A stretch of DNA of 64,000 bases. Origin: Escherichia coli (GTDB lineage: Bacteria; Pseudomonadota; Gammaproteobacteria; Enterobacterales; Enterobacteriaceae). Shown one piece after another: positions 31,961-43,575 of the stretch. Both the position numbers and the translations under genes were made by a program. The notes beneath the pieces were generated by a model that saw only the letters and a list, made by a program, of their open reading frames with translations, ran no database searches and had not been told where the DNA came from. The DNA lies in assembly GCF_024700885.2 (NCBI RefSeq), contig NZ_CP117016.1. One strand, given 5' to 3'. Position 1 is the stretch's first letter; every line of letters starts with the position of its first letter.

Positions 31961-32408
31961 TGCTGGTTTGGTTCGCGGCCTTTCCAGCAGGTTCACTTGT
32001 GTTGCATGAACAACGCAGGTGCCTCACAGCAAAAGAATACTCGCTGTTAAGAAATTTTGTGTCAAGTAAAAAACGAGTAATTATTTTTCGGTTAGCGTAT
32101 TATCGACACCGGCCCTTTCCGCCGTCTCGCAAACGGGCGCTGGCTTTAGGAAAGGATGTTCCTTGGCCGTAAATGCAAGTGTATCTCGTCGCTTGCTATC
32201 GCGGCAATATCGCCAGTGGTGATGTCGTGATGCGGTCTTCGCATGGACCGCACAATGAAGATACGGTGCTTTTGTATCGTACTTATTGTTTCTGGTGCGC
32301 TGTTAACCGAGGTAAATAATAACCGGAGTCTCTCCGGCAACAATTTATTGGTGGTTAACAACCTTCAGAACAGCAGGTAAACCCGAATGCCGCCCTTTGG
32401 GGCGGCAT
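31961..32408 (+). ncRNA. Candidate sRNA-like element, copy 2
   Basis: Repeat of the conserved 5' block plus shared AATACTCGCT and TGCAAGTGTATCTCGTC segments; ends at hairpin 32387-32408. Confidence 0.25.
32387..32408. terminator. Hairpin between copy-2 element and sseB 3' end (possible bidirectional terminator)
   Basis: ATGCCGCCC-tttg-GGGCGGCAT with T-rich flank. Confidence 0.45.
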
Positions 32409-32411
32409 ATT

Positions 32412-33188
32412 TTAGATTATCCGGTTCTGTTTAAAGTCACGCAAAAAACCACCCCAGCGACGTTCATAGAATGGCACAATATGTTCGGTAATAAAGTGGC
32501 TAATTCCTTTTTCCCCTTTTTTCACCTGACAAATATCGATGGGTTCATCGCCAGGTAATGTATCGGTCGCTACACTTCCCGCCGCCTGAATAATTTCTTC
32601 GATATCACCATCGGCTTCAATGCCAATAAGTAAATTAGGCTGTGCCTCTTCGTTCTCTTTAATTGAACAAATAAAAGCACGCTTCACCGGCTTAATAGTT
32701 TTAAATAAGGTGGTGAGTGAATCAATCATTTGTGCTGGTGGCTCTGCGACTTCCGATAATATCAGCGATTCACCGCCCTCCAGTACTTCCTGGCTGCTCA
32801 GCGGATTTCCTTCTTCACCAATCAACAAACTGATTTCACGCGGCATAAATTCTTTACCGGTTGGCAGTTTGGCATTAAGGAAGAGCGTTTCGCCAAGGGT
32901 CATCTCAAACAATGTGCGAACGGGCATTACGACAAATGCCTGTTCGTCTTCAACCGCCTGTTGAAGTGCTTCTAACGAGGTGAAAAAAGGAATGACGCTG
33001 GTGCCGTCTTCTTTTTCCCAGTGCTGTAAATCAAGCGCGCTATCTTCAACCACAGCCTCGCCCTGCGCCGCCGTACCAGGCACCCAGACGATGGATTCCA
33101 GTAGAGTACGGAAAAAGGCCGGGCGGTGCGCCGGTTCGGTTGCTGCTTTTTCCAGCAGGTCTTCAAGTTCATTTTTTGTTTCGGACAT
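32412..33188 (-). CDS. sseB: Protein SseB
   Basis: Start set to MSETKNELEDLL (track ORF 3 codons longer). Confidence 0.9.
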   Translation of the reverse strand: MSETKNELEDLLEKAATEPAHRPAFFRTLLESIVWVPGTAAQGEAVVEDSALDLQHWEKEDGTSVIPFFTSLEALQQAVEDEQAFVVMPVRTLFEMTLGETLFLNAKLPTGKEFMPREISLLIGEEGNPLSSQEVLEGGESLILSEVAEPPAQMIDSLTTLFKTIKPVKRAFICSIKENEEAQPNLLIGIEADGDIEEIIQAAGSVATDTLPGDEPIDICQVKKGEKGISHFITEHIVPFYERRWGGFLRDFKQNRII

Positions 33189-33224
33189 AAGAACCACAAT
33201 TCATTCAACGTTCGGGGCACAAGT

Positions 33225-33324
33225 GCCTGATGCGCCATACTTATCAGGCCTACAAGGGATTCACAATTTGTTGAATTTGCAATACTTTGTAGGCCGGATA
33301 TGGCGTTTACGCCGCATCCGGCAT
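33225..33324. repeat. REP/BIME palindromic repeat cluster
   Basis: GCCTGATGCG...TTATCAGGCCTACA and TGTAGGCCGGATA...GCGTTTACGCCGCATCCGGCA units. Confidence 0.6.
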
Positions 33325-33330
33325 ATTAGT

Positions 33331-34614
33331 TTACGCCGTTAACAGATTAGCAATCGTGCGCACACCAAGTCCCGTAGCACCCGCAGACCACTGTTCAACC
33401 GGCGCTTTACGGTAAGTCGCCGAGCAGTCGATATGCAGCCAGCCTTGCTGATAGTTCTCAACAAAGTGCGACAGGAAGCCCGCCGCCGTGCTCGCGCCTG
33501 CCGGGTACGCCGCGCTTCCGGTATTGTTCAGTTCGGCAAAGTTAGACGGCAGCTGGCTGCGGTGGAACTCCGCCAGCGGCAGACGCCAGAACGGTTCATT
33601 CTCCTGCGCGGCACTCGCCAGCAAGCGACCGGCAAGCGCATCGTCAAAACTGAACAGCGCGTGATAATCATTACCCAGCGCAGTTTTCGCCGCCCCGGTG
33701 AGGGTCGCCGCATCAATGATCAGTTCCGGTTTCTGCGCACTGGCATCAATCAGGCCATCGGCCAGCACCAGACGCCCTTCCGCATCAGTGTTCATCACTT
33801 CAACTTTTTTACCGTTGCGATAGGTAATAATATCGCCCAGTTTGAACGCGTTGCCGCTGATCAGGTTATCCGCACAGCAGAGGAACAGCTTCACGCGCTT
33901 GTTCAGTCCGCGCGTAATGGCAAACGCCAGCGCCCCGGTAACCGTTGCCGCGCCGCCCATGTCCGACTTCATCGAGTCCATAAATGCGGTCTGTTTGATA
34001 CTGTAGCCGCCGGAATCAAAGGTGATGCCTTTACCAACCAGGCACGCGTACACTGGCGCTTCTTTATCGCCAGTCGGGTTGTAATCCAGCGCCAGCAATA
34101 CCGGAGAACGTTCTGAACCGCGCCCGACCGTGTGCAGCCCCATATAACCTTGCTCACGCAGATCTTCGCCTTTGGTGATCCGATAAGTCACACGATCGCC
34201 CGCGACGTTGCTGATCAGATCAACAGCACGCTGTGCCAGTTGCGATGGCCCCAGCTCTTCCGCCGGTGCGTTAATGGTGTCACGCACCCAGTCGATGATC
34301 ATCAGGCGGTTATCCAGTTCCTGGCGCTGGGCATCGTCCAGATCCGGCCACTCCACTTTACGTGTGCCTTTCGGGGCTTTGTAACCTTGCCAGAATGCCC
34401 AGCAGCGATCCGCATCCCAGTCTTCACCGCTTAACTGAACATGCTTGATGCCCAGACCGTCAATCTTGCGCGCCGCACGCTGGATCAGCCCCAGATCGTC
34501 TGTCCCGTTCAAATGCAGGGTAATGCCATCATTATTAATGCTGTAAGTCGCTTTTTCTCCCCAGCGCGCGTCGGCAGGTTGGGTAGAGAGGGTAATCTTC
34601 ATCGCTTCTGTCAT
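33331..34614 (-). CDS. pepB: Peptidase B (M17 aminopeptidase)
   Basis: Start set to [22 protein letters not shown] (427 aa); NTDAEGRL motif. Confidence 0.95.
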   Translation of the reverse strand: MTEAMKITLSTQPADARWGEKATYSINNDGITLHLNGTDDLGLIQRAARKIDGLGIKHVQLSGEDWDADRCWAFWQGYKAPKGTRKVEWPDLDDAQRQELDNRLMIIDWVRDTINAPAEELGPSQLAQRAVDLISNVAGDRVTYRITKGEDLREQGYMGLHTVGRGSERSPVLLALDYNPTGDKEAPVYACLVGKGITFDSGGYSIKQTAFMDSMKSDMGGAATVTGALAFAITRGLNKRVKLFLCCADNLISGNAFKLGDIITYRNGKKVEVMNTDAEGRLVLADGLIDASAQKPELIIDAATLTGAAKTALGNDYHALFSFDDALAGRLLASAAQENEPFWRLPLAEFHRSQLPSNFAELNNTGSAAYPAGASTAAGFLSHFVENYQQGWLHIDCSATYRKAPVEQWSAGATGLGVRTIANLLTA

Positions 34615-34858
34615 TTTAGTTATCCTTCTTTGTAAAAGGGCCGCCAGTTGGCAGCCCCAGGATTTTTCCGCTAAATGATTCGCGTTGCAGGACAAAACGC
34701 ATTGCGTTTTGAACAGCGCTTGCGCTGGCCCCGGAGGGGTGAGGCCAAAAGGCCGAATCACGCGGCAAGTGAGTGAAGCCCCAGGAGCATAGATAACTAT
34801 GTGACTGGGGTGAACGAGCGCAGCCAACGCATCTGCGGCGTGAAGCATGACGCGGAAA

Positions 34859-35059
34859 TTATTCGGCTTCGTCCAGCCAGACTAACAAAATCGCTTCGAG
34901 GATTTTCTCGTTGGATGCCTGCGGGTCGTCGTCGAAATCTTCCAGATCGCAAATCCACTGATGCATATCGGTGAATCGAACCGTTTTCGGATCAAGATCG
35001 GGATACGCATCGTACAGTGCTTCGCCAATTTCGCGGCTATCGGTCCACTTAAGTCCCAT
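34859..35059 (-). CDS. iscX: Fe-S assembly protein IscX
   Basis: 66 aa. Confidence 0.9.
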
Positions 35060-35070
35060 ACTAACCTCTG

Positions 35071-35406
35071 TTAATGCTCACGCGCATGGTTGATAGTGTA
35101 ACGCGGGATTTCGACCACTAAATCTTCGTCGGTAACGCGCGCCTGGCAGCTTAAACGGCTTTCCGGCTCCAGTCCCCAGGCTTTGTCCAGCATGTCGTCT
35201 TCCTGCTCTGAGCTTTCCGGCAGCGAGTCAAAACCTTCGCGAACGATGCAGTGGCAGGTGGTGCAAGCACAGGATTTTTCACAGGCGTGTTCAATCTCGA
35301 TACCGTTACGCAGCGCAACGTCGAGAATGGTTTCACCACTATTCGCTTCCAGAACAGCGCCATCAGGGCAGAGATCCTGATGAGGCAAAATAACAATCTT
35401 TGGCAT
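35071..35406 (-). CDS. fdx: [2Fe-2S] ferredoxin
   Basis: 111 aa, Cys ligands. Confidence 0.95.
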
Positions 35407-35407
35407 A

Positions 35408-37258
35408 TTAAACCTCGTCCACGGAATGGCCTTTCAGCGCACGACGAACCGACTGGTCCATGCGGCGAGCGGCGAAATCCTGGGTTTGTTTGTCTACGTT
35501 TTTAATCGCTTGTTCGATAGCGTCAACATCATCGCCCTGCGCCACTTCACTCAGGTGAGCGGCAGCATCGTCAATGACCTGACGCTCTGCGGTGCTTAAC
35601 AGCGCGGCATCAGCAGCCAGCGCGCCGTGCAGACTTTCCAGCACACGCGCCGCTTCTACTTTTTGTTCTGCCAACATACGGGCTTTTACGTCCTGCTCGG
35701 CATAGCTCATTGAGTCTTTGATCATCGAAGCGATTTCGCTATCGGTCAGACCGTAAGACGGTTTGACCTGAATAGACGCCTCAACGCCGGTGGATTTCTC
35801 CATCGCCGTCACGCTCAAAAGACCGTCGGCATCGACCTGGAACGTTACGCGAATATGCGCGCCGCCAGCCGGTAGCGCCGGGATACCACGCAGTGCAAAA
35901 CGCGCCAGCGAGCGGCAGTCCTGCACCAGTTCACGTTCACCCTGCATCACATGGATAGACATTGCCGTCTGACCATCTTTAAAGGTGGTGAAATCCTGGG
36001 CGCGGGCCACCGGAATCGTGGTATTACGCGGGATCACTTTCTCCACCAGGCCGCCCATGGTCTCGAGGCCCAGCGACAGCGGGATCACATCCAGCAACAG
36101 CATTTCGCTGTCCGGCTTGTTACCCACCAGAATATCCGCCTGAATCGCCGCGCCAATAGCGACGACTTTATCCGGGTCGATAGAAGTCAGCGGTGGACGA
36201 CCGAAAAATTCGCCTACTCGTTCACGCACCAGCGGCACGCGAGTAGAACCGCCAACCATCACCACTTCCAGCACATCATCAGCTTCTACGCCAGCGTCTT
36301 TCAGCGCACGACGACAAGCCAGTAAGGTTCGTTTTACCAGTGGCGCGATCAGTTCGTTGAATTGTTCACGGCTGATTTCGCCCTGCCAGCCCGCAACGTT
36401 AACGGTCACGGAGTCCGCATCGCTCAGCGCGATTTTGGCCGCAATGGCGGCATCCAGCAGTTCACGCTGAACGCGGTTATCGCTACGATCAGGAATGCCC
36501 GCCTGCTCGCGAATGTAATCCGCCAGCAGATGGTCGAAATCATCGCCGCCGAGCGCGGAATCACCGCCGGTCGCCAGCACTTCAAACACGCCGCGACTTA
36601 AGCGCAGAATGGAAATATCAAACGTCCCGCCGCCGAGGTCATAAACAGCGATCACGCCTTCCTGACCGGAATCCAGCCCGTAGGCGATAGCCGCAGCGGT
36701 CGGTTCGTTAAGTAAGCGCAGAACATGCAACCCCGCCAGACGCGCCGCGTCTTTGGTGCCCTGACGCTGGGCATCGTCAAAGTACGCCGGAACGGTGATA
36801 ACGACACCATCCAGCTCGCCTGCCAGGGCTTCAGTTGCCCGCGCCGCCAGTGCTTTGAGGATGTCCGCAGAAACGCGCACCGGGTTCAGCAGCCCCGCCG
36901 CCGTTTCAATCATCGGCAGGCCGTTTTCGCTGGCCTGGAATTGATAAGGCAGATGCGGATAGCGTTGCTGGATATCAGCCAGCGAGCGCCCCATCAGGCG
37001 TTTAACAGAACTAATGGTGTTGGTGGTGTCAAGCGCTGCGTTAGTACGCGCGTCATAACCCACCGAATGCCCTTGCTGTTGATAGTGAACAACAGACGGC
37101 AGCAGGTGACGGCCTTCATGGTCGGCTAACGTTTCGGCCTGACCGCTGCGCACTGTCGCCACCAGCGAGTTGGTTGTGCCCAGGTCAATACCGGCCGCCA
37201 GACGACGCTGATGCGGCGCAGCACTCAAACCAGGTTCACTAATTTGTAATAAGGCCAT
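35408..37258 (-). CDS. hscA: Hsp70-type chaperone HscA
   Basis: Start set to [10 protein letters not shown] (616 aa). Confidence 0.95.
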   Translation of the reverse strand: MALLQISEPGLSAAPHQRRLAAGIDLGTTNSLVATVRSGQAETLADHEGRHLLPSVVHYQQQGHSVGYDARTNAALDTTNTISSVKRLMGRSLADIQQRYPHLPYQFQASENGLPMIETAAGLLNPVRVSADILKALAARATEALAGELDGVVITVPAYFDDAQRQGTKDAARLAGLHVLRLLNEPTAAAIAYGLDSGQEGVIAVYDLGGGTFDISILRLSRGVFEVLATGGDSALGGDDFDHLLADYIREQAGIPDRSDNRVQRELLDAAIAAKIALSDADSVTVNVAGWQGEISREQFNELIAPLVKRTLLACRRALKDAGVEADDVLEVVMVGGSTRVPLVRERVGEFFGRPPLTSIDPDKVVAIGAAIQADILVGNKPDSEMLLLDVIPLSLGLETMGGLVEKVIPRNTTIPVARAQDFTTFKDGQTAMSIHVMQGERELVQDCRSLARFALRGIPALPAGGAHIRVTFQVDADGLLSVTAMEKSTGVEASIQVKPSYGLTDSEIASMIKDSMSYAEQDVKARMLAEQKVEAARVLESLHGALAADAALLSTAERQVIDDAAAHLSEVAQGDDVDAIEQAIKNVDKQTQDFAARRMDQSVRRALKGHSVDEV

Positions 37259-37274
37259 GTTTAGCTTCCAGAAA

Positions 37275-37790
37275 TTAAAAATCGAGCAGTTTTTCTTCGA
37301 GTTGTTCGGCACTGCTTCGCAGTTTATCGAGAAAACGCAGCTTACGCACGGTATCCGCCGCCGCGTCCCACGTCTCGTTGTCTAACTGTTCAACCATCAA
37401 CTGATGGCGGGTATCAAACATCTTTTTCACACGTTTGATAAAGCTTTCCAGCCGCGCTTCATCTTTCGCCTGTTCGATCTCGTCCAGTTCTTCGCGCAGC
37501 TCCAGCTGTTCCATCAGGAACGCGGTGTCGCGCACAGTATGCTGCTCGCTGGCGAGATCAAAACCGTGCAAAGAAAGCAAATATTCCGCGCGCATTAACG
37601 GATGACGCAGCGTTTGCCAGGCCTGGTTAATGGTTGCAGATTGCTGTACGGCGGCGAGTTGTTCCGCCTGGCTTCCGCTGGCGAATTTATCAGGATGATA
37701 CTGACGTTGTAGATCCTGAAAACGCAGGCTCAGCGCCTGGGTATCGAGTTGATAACGGGCAGGCAAGCCAAAGAGGGTGAAGTAATCCAT
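37275..37790 (-). CDS. hscB: J-type co-chaperone HscB
   Basis: 171 aa; HPD motif. Confidence 0.95.
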   Translation of the reverse strand: MDYFTLFGLPARYQLDTQALSLRFQDLQRQYHPDKFASGSQAEQLAAVQQSATINQAWQTLRHPLMRAEYLLSLHGFDLASEQHTVRDTAFLMEQLELREELDEIEQAKDEARLESFIKRVKKMFDTRHQLMVEQLDNETWDAAADTVRKLRFLDKLRSSAEQLEEKLLDF

Positions 37791-37885
37791 AACATTCTCA
37801 GGGCTGCGATCCGCCGCGATAACGGCGAATCAGGTAAAACAAACCCCACGCGCAGGCGACCACGGTGGGGTTATCGGTATGCGCA

Positions 37886-38209
37886 TCAAACGTGGAAGCT
37901 TTCGCCGCAACCACACTCATCTTTAACGTTCGGGTTGGTGAATTTAAACCCTTCGTTCAGGCCTTCTTTTACGAAGTCCAGCTGCGTACCGTCCAGAAAT
38001 TGCAGGCTTTTGCCATCGACCACGACTTTCACGCCTTTGTCTTCAAACACGATGTCTTCCGGCGTCGGTTCGTCAACAAATTCCAGTACATAAGCCATAC
38101 CTGAACATCCGGAGGTTCTCACGCCCAGACGCAGGCCAAACCCTTTGCCACGGTTAGCCAGAAAGGTATTTACTCGCGCTGCTGCACTGTCGCTCAGTGT
38201 AATCGACAT
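37886..38209 (-). CDS. iscA: Fe-S cluster assembly protein IscA
   Basis: Start set to [13 protein letters not shown] (107 aa). Confidence 0.95.
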   Translation of the reverse strand: MSITLSDSAAARVNTFLANRGKGFGLRLGVRTSGCSGMAYVLEFVDEPTPEDIVFEDKGVKVVVDGKSLQFLDGTQLDFVKEGLNEGFKFTNPNVKDECGCGESFHV

Positions 38210-38225
38210 AACCAAACCTCAACTC

Positions 38226-38612
38226 TTATTTTGCTTCACGTTTGCTTTTATAGTCCGCAATGGCGGCTTTGATCGCGTCTTCTGCCAGAATAGAACAGTG
38301 AATTTTCACCGGAGGCAGTTCAAGTTCTTCAGCAATATCGGTGTTTTTGATCGCCTGCGCTTCGTCGAGAGACTTCCCTTTCACCCATTCGGTGACCAGG
38401 GAGCTGGAAGCGATAGCAGAACCGCAGCCGTAAGTTTTAAAACGCGCGTCTTCAATGATACCTTCATCGTTGACTTTAATCTGCAACTTCATCACGTCGC
38501 CACAGGCCGGTGCACCCACCATGCCGCTGCCGACGTTCTCGTCGTTGTTGTCAAAGGAACCCACGTTACGCGGATTCTCGTAATGGTCGATAACTTTTTC
38601 GCTGTAAGCCAT
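38226..38612 (-). CDS. iscU: Fe-S cluster scaffold IscU
   Basis: 128 aa. Confidence 0.97.
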   Translation of the reverse strand: MAYSEKVIDHYENPRNVGSFDNNDENVGSGMVGAPACGDVMKLQIKVNDEGIIEDARFKTYGCGSAIASSSLVTEWVKGKSLDEAQAIKNTDIAEELELPPVKIHCSILAEDAIKAAIADYKSKREAK

Positions 38613-38639
38613 TATAAATTCTCCTGATTCCGATACCGA

Positions 38640-39854
38640 TTAATGATGAGCCCATTCGATGCTGTTCAGATCCACGCCCTGCTTGTACATTTCCCACAGC
38701 GGAGAAAGGTCACGCAGACGACCGATGGATTTACGAACTAACTCGATGGTGTAGTCGATCTCTTCTTCAGTAGTAAAACGACCTAAAGAGAAACGGATAG
38801 AGCTATGTGCCAGCTCGTCGTTCAGCCCCAGCGCGCGCAGCACGTAGGACGGTTCGAGGCTTGCTGACGTACAGGCGGAACCGGAAGAAACCGCGAGGTC
38901 TTTCAGCGCCATAATCAGCGACTCACCTTCAACGTAGTTGAAGCTGACGTTAAGAATGTTCGGCGCACCGTGTTCGAGGTCACCGTTCAGGTAAACTTCT
39001 TCGATATCTTTGATGCCGTTCCACAGACGGTTACGCAGGCCGCGCAGACGTTCCATCTCGGTCGCCATCTCTTCTTTTGCGATGCGATAGGCTTCGCCCA
39101 TACCGACGATCTGGTGGACAGGCAGGGTGCCGGAACGCATACCGCGCTCGTGACCGCCGCCGTGCATTTGCGCTTCGATGCGTACGCGCGGTTTACGACG
39201 TACATATAGCGCACCGATACCTTTCGGGCCATAGATTTTGTGACCGGAGAAAGACATCAGGTCAACTTTCAACTGGCTCAGGTCGATAGGCAGTTTGCCC
39301 ACGCTCTGGGTTGCATCAACGTGATAGATAATGCCTCGAGCACGGCACATTTCGCCGATAGCCGCGATATCCTGCACCACGCCGATTTCGTTATTTACGT
39401 GCATTATGGAAACGAGGATGGTGTCGTCACGCATCGCTGCTTCCAGTTCTTTCAGGTCGATAATGCCATTACGCTGCGGTGCCAGATAGGTGACTTCGAA
39501 ACCTTCGCGCTCCAGCTGACGGCAGGTATCCAGTACCGCTTTGTGTTCGGTTTTGCTGGTGATGATGTGCTTGCCTTTTTTCTGATAAAAGTTGGCTGCA
39601 CCTTTGATCGCCAGGTTGTCAGATTCGGTTGCACCAGAGGTAAAGACGATTTCACGCGGGTCAGCGCCGACCAGATCTGCAATCTGATTACGGGCGATAT
39701 CAACCGCTTCTTCAGCCTGCCAGCCGAAACGGTGAGAACGGGAGGCCGGGTTACCAAAGGTTCCGTCCATCGTCATAAACTGCATCATTTTCTCGGCAAC
39801 ACGCGGGTCCACCGGCGTGGTTGCGGAGTAGTCGAGATAAATCGGTAATTTCAT
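38640..39854 (-). CDS. iscS: Cysteine desulfurase IscS
   Basis: Start set to [16 protein letters not shown] (404 aa); SSGSACTS active-site region. Confidence 0.97.
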
Positions 39855-39965
39855 TGCTCTATAAACTCCGTACATCACTCAATGCAAGGAACCAGGCTAC
39901 CGGCTGGATGTACGACCGTGTTTACGGAGTGTTAAACACTCCGGCCTGATTCTGAATACTTTTTA

Positions 39966-40454
39966 TTAAGCGCGTAACTTAACGTCGATCGCGTCTTGTG
40001 TGCGGGTGCGTGGCGCGTCGTGAGTATGCTGACGACCAGACACATCCAGCACTTCCTGGTTATTAACCAGTTCGCCTAAAGTAATGTTGTTGAGAAAACC
40101 GGTGAGACGGTCGCTCAAATCACGCCACAGCGCGTGGGTCAGGCATTTATCGCCGCCCTGGCAGCCGCCTTTACCCTGACAACGGGTGGCATCTACAGAT
40201 TCGTCAACGGCGCTAATCACTTCGCCAACGGCGATGCTGCTGGCATCTTTGCCTAACAGATAACCACCGCCTGGTCCACGTACGCTGGAAACCAGACCAT
40301 TTTTACGCAGACGGGAAAACAGTTGTTCCAGATAAGAAAGGGAAATTCCCTGACGTTCGGAAATATCAGCCAACGGTACCGGGCCCGCTTCAGAGTTGAG
40401 CGCAACGTCAAGCATTGCGGTCACGGCATAGCGCCCTTTAGATGTCAGTCTCAT
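39966..40454 (-). CDS. iscR: Fe-S cluster regulator IscR (Rrf2 family)
   Basis: 162 aa. Confidence 0.95.
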
Positions 40455-40563
40455 GTCTTACTTCACCTCAAACTCGCCCCTGCCCGGGGTTTTTTATTGT
40501 AAAAGTGGGGGTATTGCATAGCAGGGTCAAGTCTGACATTCCCGAGTAAATTGGTCAACTATT

Positions 40564-40587
40564 TACTTGACTGATTTAGTCGGGTAT
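40564..40587. promoter_or_regulatory. IscR type-1 binding site-like sequence in iscR promoter
   Basis: Reverse complement ATACCCGACTAAATCAGTCAAGTA fits the remembered type-1 consensus ATASYYGACTRwwwYAGTCRRSTAT. Confidence 0.45.
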
Positions 40588-40630
40588 TTAACCTTCAGTG
40601 CCATTTTTTTATCGTGGCGTTTGTACCTGT

Positions 40631-40716
40631 TGTCGGATGCGGTGTGAACACCTTATCCGACCTACGGTTCTGTACATTGTAGGCCTGATAAGACGCATTA
40701 AGCGTCGCATCAGGCA
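40631..40716. repeat. REP palindromic repeats
   Basis: GTCGGATGCGGTGTGAACACCTTATCCGACCTAC... and TGTAGGCCTGATAAGACGC...GCGTCGCATCAGGC. Confidence 0.5.
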
Positions 40717-40723
40717 ACCACTG

Positions 40724-41464
40724 TTATTCGGCCTTATTACCTTTATTCTGCTGCTCTATAGAAGCCAGAATCCCGCGCAGGATATTCAATTCCTGGCTTT
40801 CCGGGCGCGCACGGGTAAACAGACGGCGCAATTTATTCATCACCTGCCCCGGATGGTTTTCACGAATAAAACCGGTTGCCAGCAGCGTTTGTTCCAGATG
40901 ACCATAAAAACGCTCCAGATCATCGACCAGCGGATACGGCGTCTCTTCATGCTCGACTTGTTCGCCATTTTCCTGAGTTGCCAGCCAGGCCATGCGCACT
41001 TCATAGGCAATAACCTGAACCGCCATCGCCAGGTTCAGCGAACTGTATTCCGGGTTCGCAGCAATCGCGACATGATAATGGCATTTCTGCAACTCTTCAT
41101 TGGTCAAGCCAACACGCTCACGACCAAAAACCAGCGCCACCGGGGTATTTGCCGCTTCAGCGACGCTTTTCAGACCGCATTCGCGCGGGTCGAGCATCGG
41201 CCACGGCAGCGTGCGGGAGCGTGCGCTGGTGCCCACCACCAGGCTACAACCGGCTAACGCTTCGTCGAGCGTATCGACGATGTGAGCATTACCAATCACA
41301 TCGCTGGCCCCTGCTGCCAGGGCAATCGCCTGGGAGTCAGGTTTCACCAGTGGATTAACCAGCCACAGATTGGTTAATCCCATTGTTTTCATGGCACGGG
41401 CAACAGAACCCATATTGCCGGTGTGTGACGTCTCCACCAGCACAATTCGAATATTTTGCAGCAT
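40724..41464 (-). CDS. trmJ: tRNA (cytidine/uridine-2'-O)-methyltransferase TrmJ
   Basis: 246 aa SpoU-class MTase. Confidence 0.93.
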
Positions 41465-41582
41465 TGTCTTTCTTCGTCTAAAGATTATTCGCGCATCTTA
41501 TCATAAAACGAAGACAGATGCCGATCTCGCTGCTATACTCTGCGCCGTTTTCCCGTTCTTTAACATCCAGTGAGAGAGACCG

Positions 41583-42386
41583 ATGCATCCGATGCTGAAC
41601 ATCGCCGTGCGCGCAGCGCGCAAGGCGGGTAATTTAATTGCCAAAAACTATGAAACCCCGGACGCTGTAGAAGCGAGCCAGAAAGGCAGTAACGACTTCG
41701 TGACCAACGTAGATAAAGCTGCCGAAGCGGTGATTATCGACACGATTCGTAAATCTTACCCACAGCACACCATCATCACCGAAGAAAGCGGTGAACTTGA
41801 AGGTACTGATCAGGATGTTCAATGGGTTATCGATCCACTGGATGGCACTACCAACTTTATCAAACGTCTGCCGCACTTCGCGGTATCTATCGCCGTTCGT
41901 ATCAAAGGCCGCACTGAAGTTGCTGTGGTTTACGATCCTATGCGTAACGAACTGTTCACCGCCACTCGCGGTCAGGGCGCACAGCTGAACGGCTACCGTC
42001 TGCGCGGCAGCACCGCTCGCGATCTCGACGGTACTATTCTGGCGACCGGCTTCCCGTTCAAAGCAAAACAGTACGCCACCACCTACATCAACATCGTCGG
42101 CAAACTGTTCAACGAATGCGCTGACTTCCGTCGTACCGGTTCTGCGGCGCTGGATCTGGCTTACGTTGCTGCGGGTCGCGTTGACGGTTTCTTTGAAATC
42201 GGTCTGCGTCCGTGGGATTTCGCCGCAGGCGAGCTGCTGGTTCGTGAAGCGGGCGGCATCGTCAGCGACTTCACCGGTGGTCATAACTACATGCTGACCG
42301 GTAACATCGTTGCTGGTAACCCGCGCGTTGTTAAAGCCATGCTGGCGAATATGCGTGACGAGTTAAGCGACGCCCTGAAGCGTTAA
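41583..42386 (+). CDS. suhB: Inositol monophosphatase family protein SuhB
   Basis: 267 aa; WVIDPLDGT motif. Confidence 0.95.
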   Translation: MHPMLNIAVRAARKAGNLIAKNYETPDAVEASQKGSNDFVTNVDKAAEAVIIDTIRKSYPQHTIITEESGELEGTDQDVQWVIDPLDGTTNFIKRLPHFAVSIAVRIKGRTEVAVVYDPMRNELFTATRGQGAQLNGYRLRGSTARDLDGTILATGFPFKAKQYATTYINIVGKLFNECADFRRTGSAALDLAYVAAGRVDGFFEIGLRPWDFAAGELLVREAGGIVSDFTGGHNYMLTGNIVAGNPRVVKAMLANMRDELSDALKR

Positions 42387-42530
42387 TGACTCTGGCGGGT
42401 GATGTCACTCACCCGCCCTCGCCTTTCAGGCGCTATTCCGAAATACTTCCTCACCGCTTTACTTTCTTTCGCCACTCTCCCACCATCTTTCCCCGATTAA
42501 TGGATGATAAAGAAGTCGCAAGGAAAGGTT

Positions 42531-43385
42531 ATGGCGCTGCCAGTGAACAAACGCGTTCTCAAAATTCTGTTTATTCTCTTTGTTGTTGCCTTCTGCATTT
42601 ATTTAATACCGCGCATCGCCATCAATTTCTTCTATTATCCTGACGACAAAATTTACGGTCCCGAACCCTGGTCGGCGGAATCCGTCGAATTTACGGCTAA
42701 GGACGGTACTCATCTGCAAGGCTGGTTTATCCCTTCTTCGACGGGCCCTGCTGATAACGCCATTGCTACCATTATTCATGCTCACGGCAATGCCGGAAAT
42801 ATGTCCGCCCACTGGCCGCTGGTCAGTTGGTTACCCGAACGTAATTTCAATGTTTTTATGTTTGATTATCGTGGATTCGGTAAATCAAAAGGAAAACCTT
42901 CTCAGGCAGGGTTATTAGACGATACGCAAAGCGCCATCAATGTGGTGCGCCATCGCAGTGATGTAAACCCACAACGGCTGGTGCTGTTCGGGCAGAGTAT
43001 TGGCGGGGCGAATATTCTTGATGTTATTGGTCAGGGTGATCGTGAAGGCATACGTGCGGTGATCCTCGACTCCACATTTGCCTCTTATGCGACCATCGCC
43101 AACCAGATGATTCCCGGCAGTGGCTACTTACTTGATGAGAGTTACAGCGGCGAAAATTACATCGCCAGCGTCAGCCCGATCCCGCTTTTACTCATTCACG
43201 GTAAAGCTGATCACGTTATCCCATGGCAGCACAGCGAAAAGTTGTATAGCCTGGCAAAAGAGCCAAAACGGTTGATCCTAATCCCGGATGGCGAACACAT
43301 TGATGCTTTTTCTGATCGTCACGGCGATGTTTATCGCGAACAGATGGTGGATTTTATCCTTAGCGCGTTGAATCCGCAGAACTAA
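42531..43385 (+). CDS. yfhR: Alpha/beta hydrolase YfhR
   Basis: Start set to MALPVNKR with AAGGAAAGG SD; GQSIGG nucleophile elbow. Confidence 0.85.
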   Translation: MALPVNKRVLKILFILFVVAFCIYLIPRIAINFFYYPDDKIYGPEPWSAESVEFTAKDGTHLQGWFIPSSTGPADNAIATIIHAHGNAGNMSAHWPLVSWLPERNFNVFMFDYRGFGKSKGKPSQAGLLDDTQSAINVVRHRSDVNPQRLVLFGQSIGGANILDVIGQGDREGIRAVILDSTFASYATIANQMIPGSGYLLDESYSGENYIASVSPIPLLLIHGKADHVIPWQHSEKLYSLAKEPKRLILIPDGEHIDAFSDRHGDVYREQMVDFILSALNPQN

Positions 43386-43575
43386 CCCATGATCGCTAGC
43401 ACGATAATCATTCACAAAACCACCTTAAGACATGCTAATCCACTGGTCAGAACAGTTTAAGATGAGAAAAATTCTGTGACGCTTGCCAACATTTCTGATG
43501 ATTAGCATTCCCTTCGCCATTTCCCTGAGCAAACTTTAGCTATTCTTATCAATTATGCTTATGGGAGATCTACAG

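Noticed and set aside
31957-32172. 71-aa ORF in the second sseA-sseB repeat unit
   Set aside because: It needs a TTG start with no SD, has no ATG in frame after the upstream stop, and the region looks like an sRNA unit; kept as ncRNA candidate instead.
42386-42643. 85-aa ORF between suhB and yfhR
   Set aside because: It overlaps the yfhR start region out of frame and has no SD; the yfhR start at 42531 has a good SD.
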